Shown here: positions 39,806 through 47,810 of the stretch, piece after piece
Layout: each line of letters starts with the position of its first letter
Numbering within the stretch: position 1 is the first letter of the stretch
Source: an uncultured Alphaproteobacteria bacterium
GTDB taxonomy: Bacteria > Pseudomonadota > Alphaproteobacteria > Caulobacterales > Caulobacteraceae
Assembly (NCBI GenBank): GCA_963775275.1
Contig: CAVZII010000005.1
Coordinates: 1,731,445 to 1,795,444 of the forward strand
Direction of reading: 5' to 3'
Length of the DNA stretch: 64,000 nt
Notes under the pieces: model-generated
What the model saw: only the letters and a program-made list of their open reading frames with translations
Told to the model about the DNA's origin: nothing
The model's database searches: none
Position numbers and translations under genes: made by a program

Positions 39806-40327
39806 GTGAAGGGTCTGGTGGACTGGATCGCCGCCACGCCGCTCAGCGTGCTGTTCCAGCAGCAGGAGGCGTGGCTCATCCCGACCGTCCAGTCGATCCA
39901 CATCGCCGGGATCGGGGTGGTGCTGGCCTGCGTGCTGGTGATGACCCTGCGCATCCTGGGCTATGCGGCGACGGACCTGACCGTGCTCCAGACCCAGCGG
40001 CGCTTCGGCCCCTGGCTGATCGGGGCGCTGTGGGTGCTGTTGGGGACCGGGATCCTGATGATCATCGCCGAGCCCGAGCGGGAGCTGATCACCTTCTCCT
40101 TCTGGGCCAAGATGACGCTGGTGGCGATCGGGACGGCGATCGCCCTGCTGTTCCAGCGGTCGGTCAGGGCCCGCGGCGAGGGCTGGGAGCTGTCGCTTCA
40201 GGGCCGCGCCCCAGTCAAGGCCATCGCCGTGGCGACGCTCCTGATCTGGCTCGTCATCGTCGTCCTGGGACGCCTGATCGCCTACGACCACGTGTGGGGC
40301 GTCCTGTCGCCCGCGACCAAGGCCTGA
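39806..40327 (+). CDS. 4-TM membrane protein of unknown function (paralog 1)
   Basis: 173 aa ..QSIHIAGIGVVLACVLVMTLRILGYAATD.., paralogous to the next gene (..ATHVIALTLVFGTIMIVDLRILGVASTN..). Confidence 0.7.
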   Translation: MKGLVDWIAATPLSVLFQQQEAWLIPTVQSIHIAGIGVVLACVLVMTLRILGYAATDLTVLQTQRRFGPWLIGALWVLLGTGILMIIAEPERELITFSFWAKMTLVAIGTAIALLFQRSVRARGEGWELSLQGRAPVKAIAVATLLIWLVIVVLGRLIAYDHVWGVLSPATKA

Positions 40328-40366
40328 GGCGCGCATGAGCCGGACATATCCCGAGGAGGCGACCGG

Positions 40367-40960
40367 ATGAGCGTCACCCCCCTGCTCGATGCGCTGCAGC
40401 ACTCCGGGCTCGCGTCCTACATCCGCAACTCCTTCCTGGCCTTCCCCCTGCTCGAGGCGACCCACGTCATCGCCCTGACCCTGGTGTTCGGCACGATCAT
40501 GATCGTCGACCTCAGGATCCTGGGCGTGGCCTCGACCAACCGGCTCTACACCCGCGTCTCGGACGACATGCTGAAGTGGACGTGGGGATTCTTCGGCCTC
40601 GCCGTCCTGACCGGCTCGCTGATGTTCATCACCAACGCGCGGATCTATTTCGACAACGGCTTCTTCCGCGCCAAGTTCGCCCTGATGGCGCTGGCGGGCC
40701 TGAACATGCTGGCCTTCCAGCTGACCACCGGCCGCCACCCGGCGGCCTGGGACTCCGGGCAGGCCGCGCCCCGGCTCGGCAAGGCGGCCGCGGTCCTGTC
40801 GCTGGTGCTCTGGGTGCTGGTGATCGGCATGGGCCGGGCGGTGGGCTTCTCCACCACCCGCCAGCAGGCCAAGGAGATCGCGCCGCCGGCCAATGTCGAT
40901 TTCAGCTCGTTCCTGGACAGCGGCCCATCAGACGCTCCCCCGGCGAGCAGCGGGAACTGA
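40367..40960 (+). CDS. 4-TM membrane protein of unknown function (paralog 2)
   Basis: 197 aa. Same topology and conserved blocks as 39806..40327, with an added Pro/Ala-rich C-terminal tail. Confidence 0.7.
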   Translation: MSVTPLLDALQHSGLASYIRNSFLAFPLLEATHVIALTLVFGTIMIVDLRILGVASTNRLYTRVSDDMLKWTWGFFGLAVLTGSLMFITNARIYFDNGFFRAKFALMALAGLNMLAFQLTTGRHPAAWDSGQAAPRLGKAAAVLSLVLWVLVIGMGRAVGFSTTRQQAKEIAPPANVDFSSFLDSGPSDAPPASSGN

Positions 40961-40963
40961 GCG

Positions 40964-41545
40964 TCAGTCCTTGATCCCGTCCTCGCGCGCCGCCTCCCAG
41001 GCGCGTTTGTCGTTCGGGTAGAAGTAGTGCAGGTGGCAGCTCTCGCAGGCCTTGTCGACGCCGTCGAGCGCCCTCTGCAGCGCGCGCGGGTCGCGCACGG
41101 CCACCGCCTGGGCCGCCACGTCGGCCGCCGACTTCAGCCGCAGCGCCCGGCGGTCGAAGTCGTCGCGGTGCGACTGGATCGCCTGCTGGATCCAGGCCGG
41201 GTCGCTCTCGATCCCGGGGTGCTCGGACTTGGAGCCCGGCGGCGCGGCCTTCAGGCCCTTGGCGGTCAGGATCTCGGGCGCGTCCTGCAGCACCTTGAGC
41301 TGGTCGGCCACCTCCCGCCACTGGGCGTCCGTCTCGGGCGCCTTCAAATGCTGGCCCTTGGCGTCGGCGATGTCCTGGACCGACTGGAAGAGGAAGTTCC
41401 CGGCGGGATTCACCTCGCCTTCCATGAACTGCTGGATCGTGGTGCGCGGCGGCGGAGCCGACGGCTTGGAGCAGCTTGCGGCCGCAATCACAGCCAGCAG
41501 AGCGGCTGGCAGGAGGCATGATCTGATCGCCGGCGCCGAGGTCAT
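40964..41545 (-). CDS. Class II cytochrome c (cytochrome c'/c-556 type, C-terminal CxxCH), lipoprotein
   Basis: 193 aa. Signal/lipobox MTSAPAIRSCLLPAALLAVIAAASC, helical-bundle composition, single heme motif CESCH 15 residues from the C-terminus. Confidence 0.7.
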   Translation of the reverse strand: MTSAPAIRSCLLPAALLAVIAAASCSKPSAPPPRTTIQQFMEGEVNPAGNFLFQSVQDIADAKGQHLKAPETDAQWREVADQLKVLQDAPEILTAKGLKAAPPGSKSEHPGIESDPAWIQQAIQSHRDDFDRRALRLKSAADVAAQAVAVRDPRALQRALDGVDKACESCHLHYFYPNDKRAWEAAREDGIKD

Positions 41546-41636
41546 CCAGCTCCTCCCTCCAGACGGCCCGACTGCGCGGGCCTCGATCCGAACCTTAGCA
41601 CAGCCATGGACCGGCAAGGCCAACGCCGCGAAGACC

Positions 41637-42098
41637 CTATGACTCGGGATAGGCCGAGCCGTCCTTGTGCACGAACCGGCCGTCTGCGTTGGCGCTCATC
41701 ATGTCGATGTCCGAGCAGGTCGTGAGGTCGTCCGGCGAGCGCGAGCCGACTTCGAGATAGACCGCCATGGCGCCCGACCTGTTGATCAGGTGATGGCCGT
41801 CGCCGGAGCCCTTGGGGAAGGCCGCGCAATCGCCGGCGCGCAGCACCGTCTCGCCGCCGTCCTCGACCAGCGTCAGCTCGCCTTCGAGCACATAGACGAA
41901 CTCGTCCTCGTGCGAGTGCCAGTGGCGCTGGCTCGACCAGCCCTCCGGCGGCAGGCGCATGAGGTTGACGCCGAAGTCCGTGAGCCCGCCGGCGTTCCCC
42001 AGCCGCCGTCGCACGCGCTCGGCGCAGGGGGCGTCGAAGGGCGGCGGATAGCCCGAGCCCTTGCGTTCAGGCGCGGCGGCGATGTCGATCTTGGGCAT
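41637..42098 (-). CDS. Cupin-domain protein
   Basis: 153 aa ..HWHSHEDEFVYVLEGELTLVEDGGETVLRAGDCAAFPKG..HHLIN.. is a cupin 2 conserved-barrel motif. Confidence 0.7.
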   Translation of the reverse strand: MPKIDIAAAPERKGSGYPPPFDAPCAERVRRRLGNAGGLTDFGVNLMRLPPEGWSSQRHWHSHEDEFVYVLEGELTLVEDGGETVLRAGDCAAFPKGSGDGHHLINRSGAMAVYLEVGSRSPDDLTTCSDIDMMSANADGRFVHKDGSAYPES

Positions 42099-42163
42099 GG
42101 CGGTCTCCCCGGCGATCCAAGGCGGCCCCGCAGGGCGCGGAACGATGGTCAGGAGAAGGGCCG

Positions 42164-42239
42164 TGGTGCCGCCTGGGTGACTCGAACACCCGACCTACGC
42201 ATTACGAATGCGCCGCTCTACCGGCTGAGCTAAGGCGGC
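42164..42239 (-). tRNA. tRNA-Thr (anticodon CGU)
   Basis: Reverse complement GCCGCCTTAGCTCAGCCGGTAGAGCGGCGCATTCGTAATGCGTAGGTCGGGTGTTCGAGTCACCCAGGCGGCACCA: 7-bp acceptor, anticodon loop uuCGUaa, T-arm GTTCGAGTC, CCA encoded. Confidence 0.85.
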
Positions 42240-42654
42240 CCCTGGCTCGGAGCGGGGTGTTTAGAACGATTTCCCGCCGAATTGAAGCCGCGCGGCGCCC
42301 GAGCGGATCAGGCCGCGAGCGCGCTCAGGCGCTCGGGGTCGGCGCGCCAGCTGCGCCAGCTCTCCACGAGGGCGAGCAGGACCGCGAACGCCACGGTGGC
42401 GCCCCAGAGCGCGACCGACAGGGGCGGCGGGATAAGCAAGCTCGTCGCGAGCCCAATGAGCCCGCTCCAGAACAGGATGCGCCCCAGCGCCCGGTGCGCC
42501 TTGTCCCAGGCGAGCCGGCTGTCCAGCGTCCCGGCTCACAGCCGGTTCGAGGCCGCCTCCGGTTCGAGGCCTGATCGCCCCGAAGACGCAGGAAGGCAGA
42601 GGGCGCGGGCCGATTCGTCTTGACGGCGGGCGTCGCGCGACCCCCACTCCCCCC

Positions 42655-44182
42655 ATGCCGTCGATCTATCTGATCAACCCCGCGCCCTCGATCCCCGGCT
42701 TCTACACCGCCGAGGCCTTCCGCGACGGCGCCCGCGGCTGGGCCCGCGTGGCCGATCTCGCCATCGCCACGGTCGCGGCGATGATCCCGGATCACTGGCA
42801 GGTGCGACTGACCGACGAGTTGATCGACCCCGCCGACCTGGACGCGCCGGAGGGCTTCATCGGCATCACCGGCAAGTCCTCGCAGCGGGACCGGATGATC
42901 GAGCTTGCCGCTCACTACCGCGCGCGCGGCAAGACCGTGATCATCGGCGGGCCTTACGCGACCCTCAACGTCGACGATATGACCCCTCATGCGGACGTGC
43001 TCGTCGCCGGCGAGATCGAGGAGATCGCGCCGCAGATCTTCGCAGATCTGGAGTCCGGATCCTTCCAGCCGCGCTATGACGGCGGCAAGGCCGACATCCG
43101 CCGCTCGCCGGTCCCGCGCTGGGACCTGTATCCGATCGAGCGCGCCATGACCGGCGCCCTGCAGACCACGCGCGGATGCCCGTTCTCGTGCGAATTCTGC
43201 GATGTCATCCAGTACCAGGGCCGCAAGCAGCGGCATAAGGACCTGCCTCAGATCATCGCCGAGCTCGACGCGCTCTACGAGGCCGGCTTCCGCAACGTCT
43301 TCCTGGTGGACGACAATTTCACGGTGCACCGCCGATTCGCCCGCGAGGTGCTGACGGCCATCGCCGGGTGGAACGCCGCCAAGCCGGAGCCCTTCTATTT
43401 CTCGACCCAGGCGTCCCTCGACATCGCCCGCGACGAGGAGCTCCTCGACCTCTGCTACGCCGCGGGCCTGCACATCCTGTTCGTCGGCGTTGAGACGATC
43501 AACGAGGAGAGTTCTGAAGGAAACCGGCAAGAAGCAGAACCTCCTGATGCCCATGCTCGAGGCGCTCGACCGGATCGTCTCACATGGCATCGGGCTGCGG
43601 GCGGGCATCGTGGTCGGGTTCGACCACGACGACGCCGGCATCTTCTCGACCCTGCTGGAATTCTTCGACGCCGCGCCTTTGCCCACCCTGTCGATCAGCG
43701 TGCTCAACGCCCCGGCGCAGACGGACCTCTATCACCGCCTCGAAGCCGAAGGCCGGCTGCGCGGGAGCTCGGTCGGAACCGGCGCGGGCAAATTGTTCGA
43801 CACCAACATCGTTCCGGCCGGGATGAGCCGCGCCGAACTGCTCGAGGGCGCCCTGTGGCTGTCCCAGCAGGCGTTCTCGCCGGCCCGGTTCAAGGAACGG
43901 ATGCTCCGGTTCATCGACCGGTTCCCTGCGGACCTGCCGGCCGCCAGGCGCGGCGCGGCCGAACCGGGCCGTTACGGCTACCGACTGTTCTCGGTGCTCA
44001 AGCGGGAGTTGAGAGGCGATCCGGAGGTCTCCGCAATGACCCAGGATATCCTCAGGGCCGGCATGGCCAAGCCCGCGGTCCTCCCGGCGATCATGGACGC
44101 CCTGGCCCTCTACGCCCAGACGCTCCACGTGATGAACCGCGAGACCGAGGGCGCGACGGAGGTGACCGAGGCGGCCGCCTAG
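42655..44182 (+). CDS. Cobalamin(B12)-binding-domain radical SAM protein (class B rSAM), interrupted by an apparent +1 frameshift near 43532
   Basis: N-terminal B12-binding-like region, then ..TTRGCPFSCEFCDV.. (CxxxCxxC), then ..FVGVETINEES in the frame of ORF 42655..44217. Continues ..LKETGKKQNLLMPMLEALDRIVSHGIGLRAGIVVGFDHDD.. in the frame of ORF 43490..44182. Deleting one t of agTTctgaag joins them into ~508 aa. Confidence 0.8.
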
Positions 44183-44273
44183 AGCGGCGCTCCGATCAAG
44201 TCGGAGCGCCGCTCTAGAAGTCTTGATTTGTCGTGTTTTCCAGCGGCGAACCGGTGTGCACATCGCTGGAAAA
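44180..44273. terminator. Two hairpins between the convergent rSAM and FAAL genes: perfect 16-bp palindrome TAGAGCGGCGCTCCGA-tcaagt-CGGAGCGCCGCTCTA (44180..44216) and TTTTCCAGCG-N18-CGCTGGAAAA (44236..44273)
   Basis: Read directly from the sequence. The first stem includes the rSAM stop codon. Confidence 0.55.
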
Positions 44274-44276
44274 CGC

Positions 44277-45956
44277 TTAGGTCGATCGGGTCGCCCAGCG
44301 GCCCAGAAGGCGGCTCTCGCCGGTCCGGATCGTCGGCTTCAACGTTTCCGCCAGATAGAGCTCGCGGCAGGCGCTCCGCCGCACCTTGCCGCTGGTGGTC
44401 AAGGGGATCGCGCGACGGCGGACCAGAAGCAGGTCGTGCAGCCGCACGCCGAACCCCTGGGCGACGGCCCGAACAGCGGCCTCCACCATTGGCGCGCCCG
44501 CGTCGGCGCCCGTGCCGCGCTCGACTTCCTGGACAGCGACAACCCCGCCGTCGTCAAGCTGGAAGACCGCCCCGACGCCCGCGAACCCGGCGTGGCTGGC
44601 GCCGACCGCCTGCTCGATGTCCGCGGGGTGCAGGTTCTCGCCCCGATGGATGATCACGTCCTTCAGCCGGCCCGTCACGAAGAGCTCGCCATCGGACAGG
44701 AACCCGAGGTCGCCGGTCCTGAGATACGCCAGCCTGGATCCCTCGAGCCGTGCGCCGAAGGCCGCGGCGGTCTCCTCGGGGCGACGCCAGTAGCCATCGG
44801 CGAGGCTGGGCCCCGCCGCCCATATCTCGCCCTCCTCGCCCTCGGCGCAGCGCAGGCAGGTCACCGGATCGACGATCTGGACACTCACTCCGGGAACCGG
44901 GGCCCCGCAGCCGACGATCGGCGGCGCGTCCGGCGTCCGCGCGGCCCGGGTCCGGACCCCGCCGCGCGGGCCGCCCGAGATCACCAGCGTCGCCTCGGCC
45001 AGCCCGTAGCCGGGGCGCAGAGCCTCGGCGCGGAAGCCGAGCGGCGCGAACGCCTCGGCGAACCGCAGCATCGTCGCCGCCCGGACCGGCTCGGCGCCGC
45101 AGAAGGCGCTGTCCCAGGACGACAGGTCCACGCCGGTCAGGTCCATCCGCTCGGCGCGCCGGGCGCAGAGCTCGAAGGCGAAGTTGGGCGCGCCGCTGTA
45201 GGTCGCCCGATGGCGGCTGATCGCCTTCAGCCACCGCTCGGGCTTCTGCATGAAGGTCAGGGCCGGGGCCAGCACGCAGGGGCGTCCGGCATAGGCGGCG
45301 ACGAGGAAGGCGCCGATCAGGCCCATGTCGTGGAACAGGGGCAGCCAGCTGAACACCACGGCCTGGTCGTGCAGCCACAGGCCGTGACGGATCATCTCGA
45401 GGTTCGCGGCCAGCGCCCCGTGGCTGACCAGGACGCCTCTCGGCGCGGATTGCGATCCGGACGTGTACTGCAGCAACGCCGGATCCCCGGCGGAACGAAG
45501 GATCGGCGCCTCGAGCCCCTCGCCGGCCGCCCCGCCTTCCAGCTCGTCGAGCATGATCCAGGGGACCTGCGCGAGCTCCGCCTTCAGGGCGGCTTCCGCC
45601 GAGGTTGCGAGGATCGCCTCGACCCCGGCGTCCTGGGCGACCGCCTTCAGGCGCCGCCATCCTTCGCCGCGCCCGTGCGCCGGCGCGGGGGTCGCGATCG
45701 CCCCGGCGTAGAGGCAGGCCCAGAAGCCGACCGCGAAGGTCACGCCGGGCGACTGCATCACGAGAACCGGCCGGCCTTGCATCCCGCGCCGGACCAGTGT
45801 CGCGGCGAGGCGAAGGGCTCGGGCGTGGAGGTCGCCGAAACTGATCTCGTCCGTCTCGGTCTCGCCGTCGCCCATGACCGTCAAGGCCGTCACGGCCGGG
45901 TCGCGCCGGGCATGCCGCTCGAACGCCCCTGCCAGCCCGTTGGGCGCCTGGCTCAA
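44277..45956 (-). CDS. Fatty-acyl-AMP ligase (FAAL) / AMP-dependent synthetase-ligase
   Basis: 559 aa with full-length ANL adenylating-enzyme motifs (..LLQYTSGSQSAPRGVLVSHG.., ..YGLAEATL.., ..GDLGFLSDGELFVTGRLKD.., ..SGKVRR..) and an FAAL-type insertion. Probable TTG start overlaps the stop of the upstream carrier protein (TTGA). Confidence 0.85.
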   Translation of the reverse strand: MSQAPNGLAGAFERHARRDPAVTALTVMGDGETETDEISFGDLHARALRLAATLVRRGMQGRPVLVMQSPGVTFAVGFWACLYAGAIATPAPAHGRGEGWRRLKAVAQDAGVEAILATSAEAALKAELAQVPWIMLDELEGGAAGEGLEAPILRSAGDPALLQYTSGSQSAPRGVLVSHGALAANLEMIRHGLWLHDQAVVFSWLPLFHDMGLIGAFLVAAYAGRPCVLAPALTFMQKPERWLKAISRHRATYSGAPNFAFELCARRAERMDLTGVDLSSWDSAFCGAEPVRAATMLRFAEAFAPLGFRAEALRPGYGLAEATLVISGGPRGGVRTRAARTPDAPPIVGCGAPVPGVSVQIVDPVTCLRCAEGEEGEIWAAGPSLADGYWRRPEETAAAFGARLEGSRLAYLRTGDLGFLSDGELFVTGRLKDVIIHRGENLHPADIEQAVGASHAGFAGVGAVFQLDDGGVVAVQEVERGTGADAGAPMVEAAVRAVAQGFGVRLHDLLLVRRRAIPLTTSGKVRRSACRELYLAETLKPTIRTGESRLLGRWATRST

Positions 45957-46201
45957 GCCGCGGGCCCCTCGGCGGCGGCGGCCAGCCGACGGTCGATCCA
46001 GGCCGCCACCGCGCGGGCGTCGCTGTGTTCCTCGAACTGGTCGCTCGGCAGCTCGATCGCAAACCTCAGCTCCAGCTCCACGGCGATCTGGAGCGTCTGC
46101 ATGGAGTCCCCGCCCAGACTGTAGACGTCCTTGTCCACGTCCGCACAGGGACGGCCCAACACCTGCGCGTACACCGACTGCACGATGTCGAGCGTGGTCA
46201 T
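45953..46201 (-). CDS. Acyl/peptidyl carrier protein 1 (PCP-like GGDSM 4'-phosphopantetheine site)
   Basis: 82 aa MTTLDIVQSVYAQVLG..DVYSLGGDSMQTLQIAVELE.. ATGA overlap with the upstream gene. Confidence 0.8.
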   Translation of the reverse strand: MTTLDIVQSVYAQVLGRPCADVDKDVYSLGGDSMQTLQIAVELELRFAIELPSDQFEEHSDARAVAAWIDRRLAAAAEGPAA

Positions 46202-47484
46202 TGCATCCCGGGGCCCGGTGCAAAGACGCCGGCGATGACGCCGGCCAGCTCGCCCCGCAGCAGCATCTCGCCCGCGACGGCGTGGCGGCTCAGACCTTCG
46301 ACGCTCACCAGGCGCACATTGTCCAGATCCCCGATCGCTTCCGCCTGGGTGCGGTCGAGCACGACCTCCGACCCGAAATAGAGGTCGATGAGCGGCCCTG
46401 CAGCGCTCTCGACCAGTCTTGGCCGGATGGGGCCGATCATATCCGGGACATATTGCACGAGGCGTTTCTTGATCCTCCCGACGTGGCCGTCATCGGAAAG
46501 CACGCCCTGGTGCAGCGTCGTAGGCGCGCCAAAGCCCAACACCCGTTCGACGCCGAGGTCCAGCCCGTATCTCATGGCCGCAAAGCCTCCCGCCGATGCC
46601 CCGATGGTCGCCAACCGGCGAACGCCCCAGCGCTTCAGCCGCCGACGCAGCGCAAGCAGCGTTTCTGCATAGTCGCGCCCGAGCGCGGGGTTCCCTGCCA
46701 GGTGAAGGAGCCGGTTCGGGTCGAAGAGGTAGATCGCGTTCACGCCGAGCGGGATCAACATCGCCTGGATGAGATCAACGGGAACGCCGCCGAAGCTGCC
46801 GTCCAGACCCGCGAACACCAGGGCCGCGGCGTCCGATCCCCGTCGGCGGTCGAAGACGGCGGGGCCTCGCCCCACGAGTGGGTGGACGCCCCCGACGGCC
46901 GACCTGCAGGTCGAGATCACGTCGATGACCGTCAACAGGATCCGGACCTCACGCGCGTCCTTTTCATGCGTTGCGCGCGGGGCGATCGAGATCAGGCTTT
47001 CCCGCGCCGGCCTCGTCATTCCGCTGCCGATCAGGCGTCGGGCCGCCTCGATCCCGACCGACACCGGTACGGACGGTTTGGCGAGCGTCTCGAGCAGGAA
47101 TTCCGGACCTGACAGGTCGGGGAGGAAGGGGGCCAGCATGACCCGCAAGTGCTGGACGTGTGGATCGCCTGGCTCGATCTCGGAGGCGCGCGACAACCAG
47201 CCGACGGCCTGCTCGACGTCGCCGGACTTGCGGGTGAGTTCGCCGAGCCGGCAAGGCCACCGGGGATTCCCGGGCTCCAGCTCGTGCAGGCGGATCATGC
47301 AGGCCGCCTCCAGCGAAGGGTCACGGCACCCATCCGCAATGTGCGCGGCGCGCCTCAGTCCGTCGGCGTCGAGCTGTGCGGCGTCCAGGGCCGATCGTAT
47401 CGCCGCAGAAGCCGCCTGGCGCTCTCCACGCTTGAGATGGTGACGACAGGATTTCAGCGTCCGCTCTTGGAGAGCCCGGTCCAT
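46198..47484 (-). CDS. TPR-like N-terminal domain plus alpha/beta-hydrolase-fold C-terminal domain protein (GASAGG nucleophile elbow), paralog A
   Basis: 428 aa from MDRALQERTLKS... C-terminal ~230 aa ..ALVFAGLDGSFGG..AIYLFDPNRL..RRLATIGASAGGFAAMRYGLDLG.. with downstream Asp and a ..SRHAV.. His consistent with a Ser-Asp-His triad. About 55% identical to paralog B. The upstream part of ORF 46198..47943 is shadow. Confidence 0.7.
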   Translation of the reverse strand: MDRALQERTLKSCRHHLKRGERQAASAAIRSALDAAQLDADGLRRAAHIADGCRDPSLEAACMIRLHELEPGNPRWPCRLGELTRKSGDVEQAVGWLSRASEIEPGDPHVQHLRVMLAPFLPDLSGPEFLLETLAKPSVPVSVGIEAARRLIGSGMTRPARESLISIAPRATHEKDAREVRILLTVIDVISTCRSAVGGVHPLVGRGPAVFDRRRGSDAAALVFAGLDGSFGGVPVDLIQAMLIPLGVNAIYLFDPNRLLHLAGNPALGRDYAETLLALRRRLKRWGVRRLATIGASAGGFAAMRYGLDLGVERVLGFGAPTTLHQGVLSDDGHVGRIKKRLVQYVPDMIGPIRPRLVESAAGPLIDLYFGSEVVLDRTQAEAIGDLDNVRLVSVEGLSRHAVAGEMLLRGELAGVIAGVFAPGPGMQ

Positions 47485-47558
47485 ATCCGATCGTCGGGGT
47501 CCCGCCCGAGGTTTGCAACGACCATCCGGCGACTTGCCGCCGGCTGCGTCGAGCGGAC

Positions 47559-47810
47559 TCAACCCATCGGGCCGGGCCCGGCGAGGGCCGCGCGCTGGCG
47601 GTCGATCCAGGCCGCGACGGAGCGCGCGTCGCTGCACTCTTCGAACTCCTCGAGCGGGAGCTCCAACGCGAACTGCAACTCCAGCTCGAGGGCGATCTGG
47701 ACCGCCTGAACCGAGTCCCCGCCGAGCGCATAGACGTCCGCGTCCACGTCGGGCGCGTCGAGGCCCAGGACTTCGGCGTAGACCGTCCGTACGACGTCCA
47801 GTGTGGTCAA
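47559..47810 (-). CDS. Acyl/peptidyl carrier protein 2 (paralog of 45953..46201)
   Basis: 83 aa MTTLDVVRTVYAEVLG..DVYALGGDSVQAVQIALELE.., about 65% identical to carrier 1. ATGA overlap with the hydrolase B stop. Confidence 0.8.
   Translation of the reverse strand: MTTLDVVRTVYAEVLGLDAPDVDADVYALGGDSVQAVQIALELELQFALELPLEEFEECSDARSVAAWIDRQRAALAGPGPMG

Noticed and set aside
42261-42656. 131-aa ORF (MGGVGVARRPPSRR...) beside tRNA-Thr
   Set aside because: Arg/Pro/Gly low-complexity. The only protein-like frame here (hydrophobic peptide 42308..42536) has no start codon and is reported as a possible remnant, not a gene.
44223-46124. 633-aa plus-strand ORF and 44554..46062 minus-strand ORF over the FAAL gene
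   Set aside because: Arg/Gly/Pro-rich alternative frames. The FAAL frame (44277..45956) alone carries the adenylation motifs.
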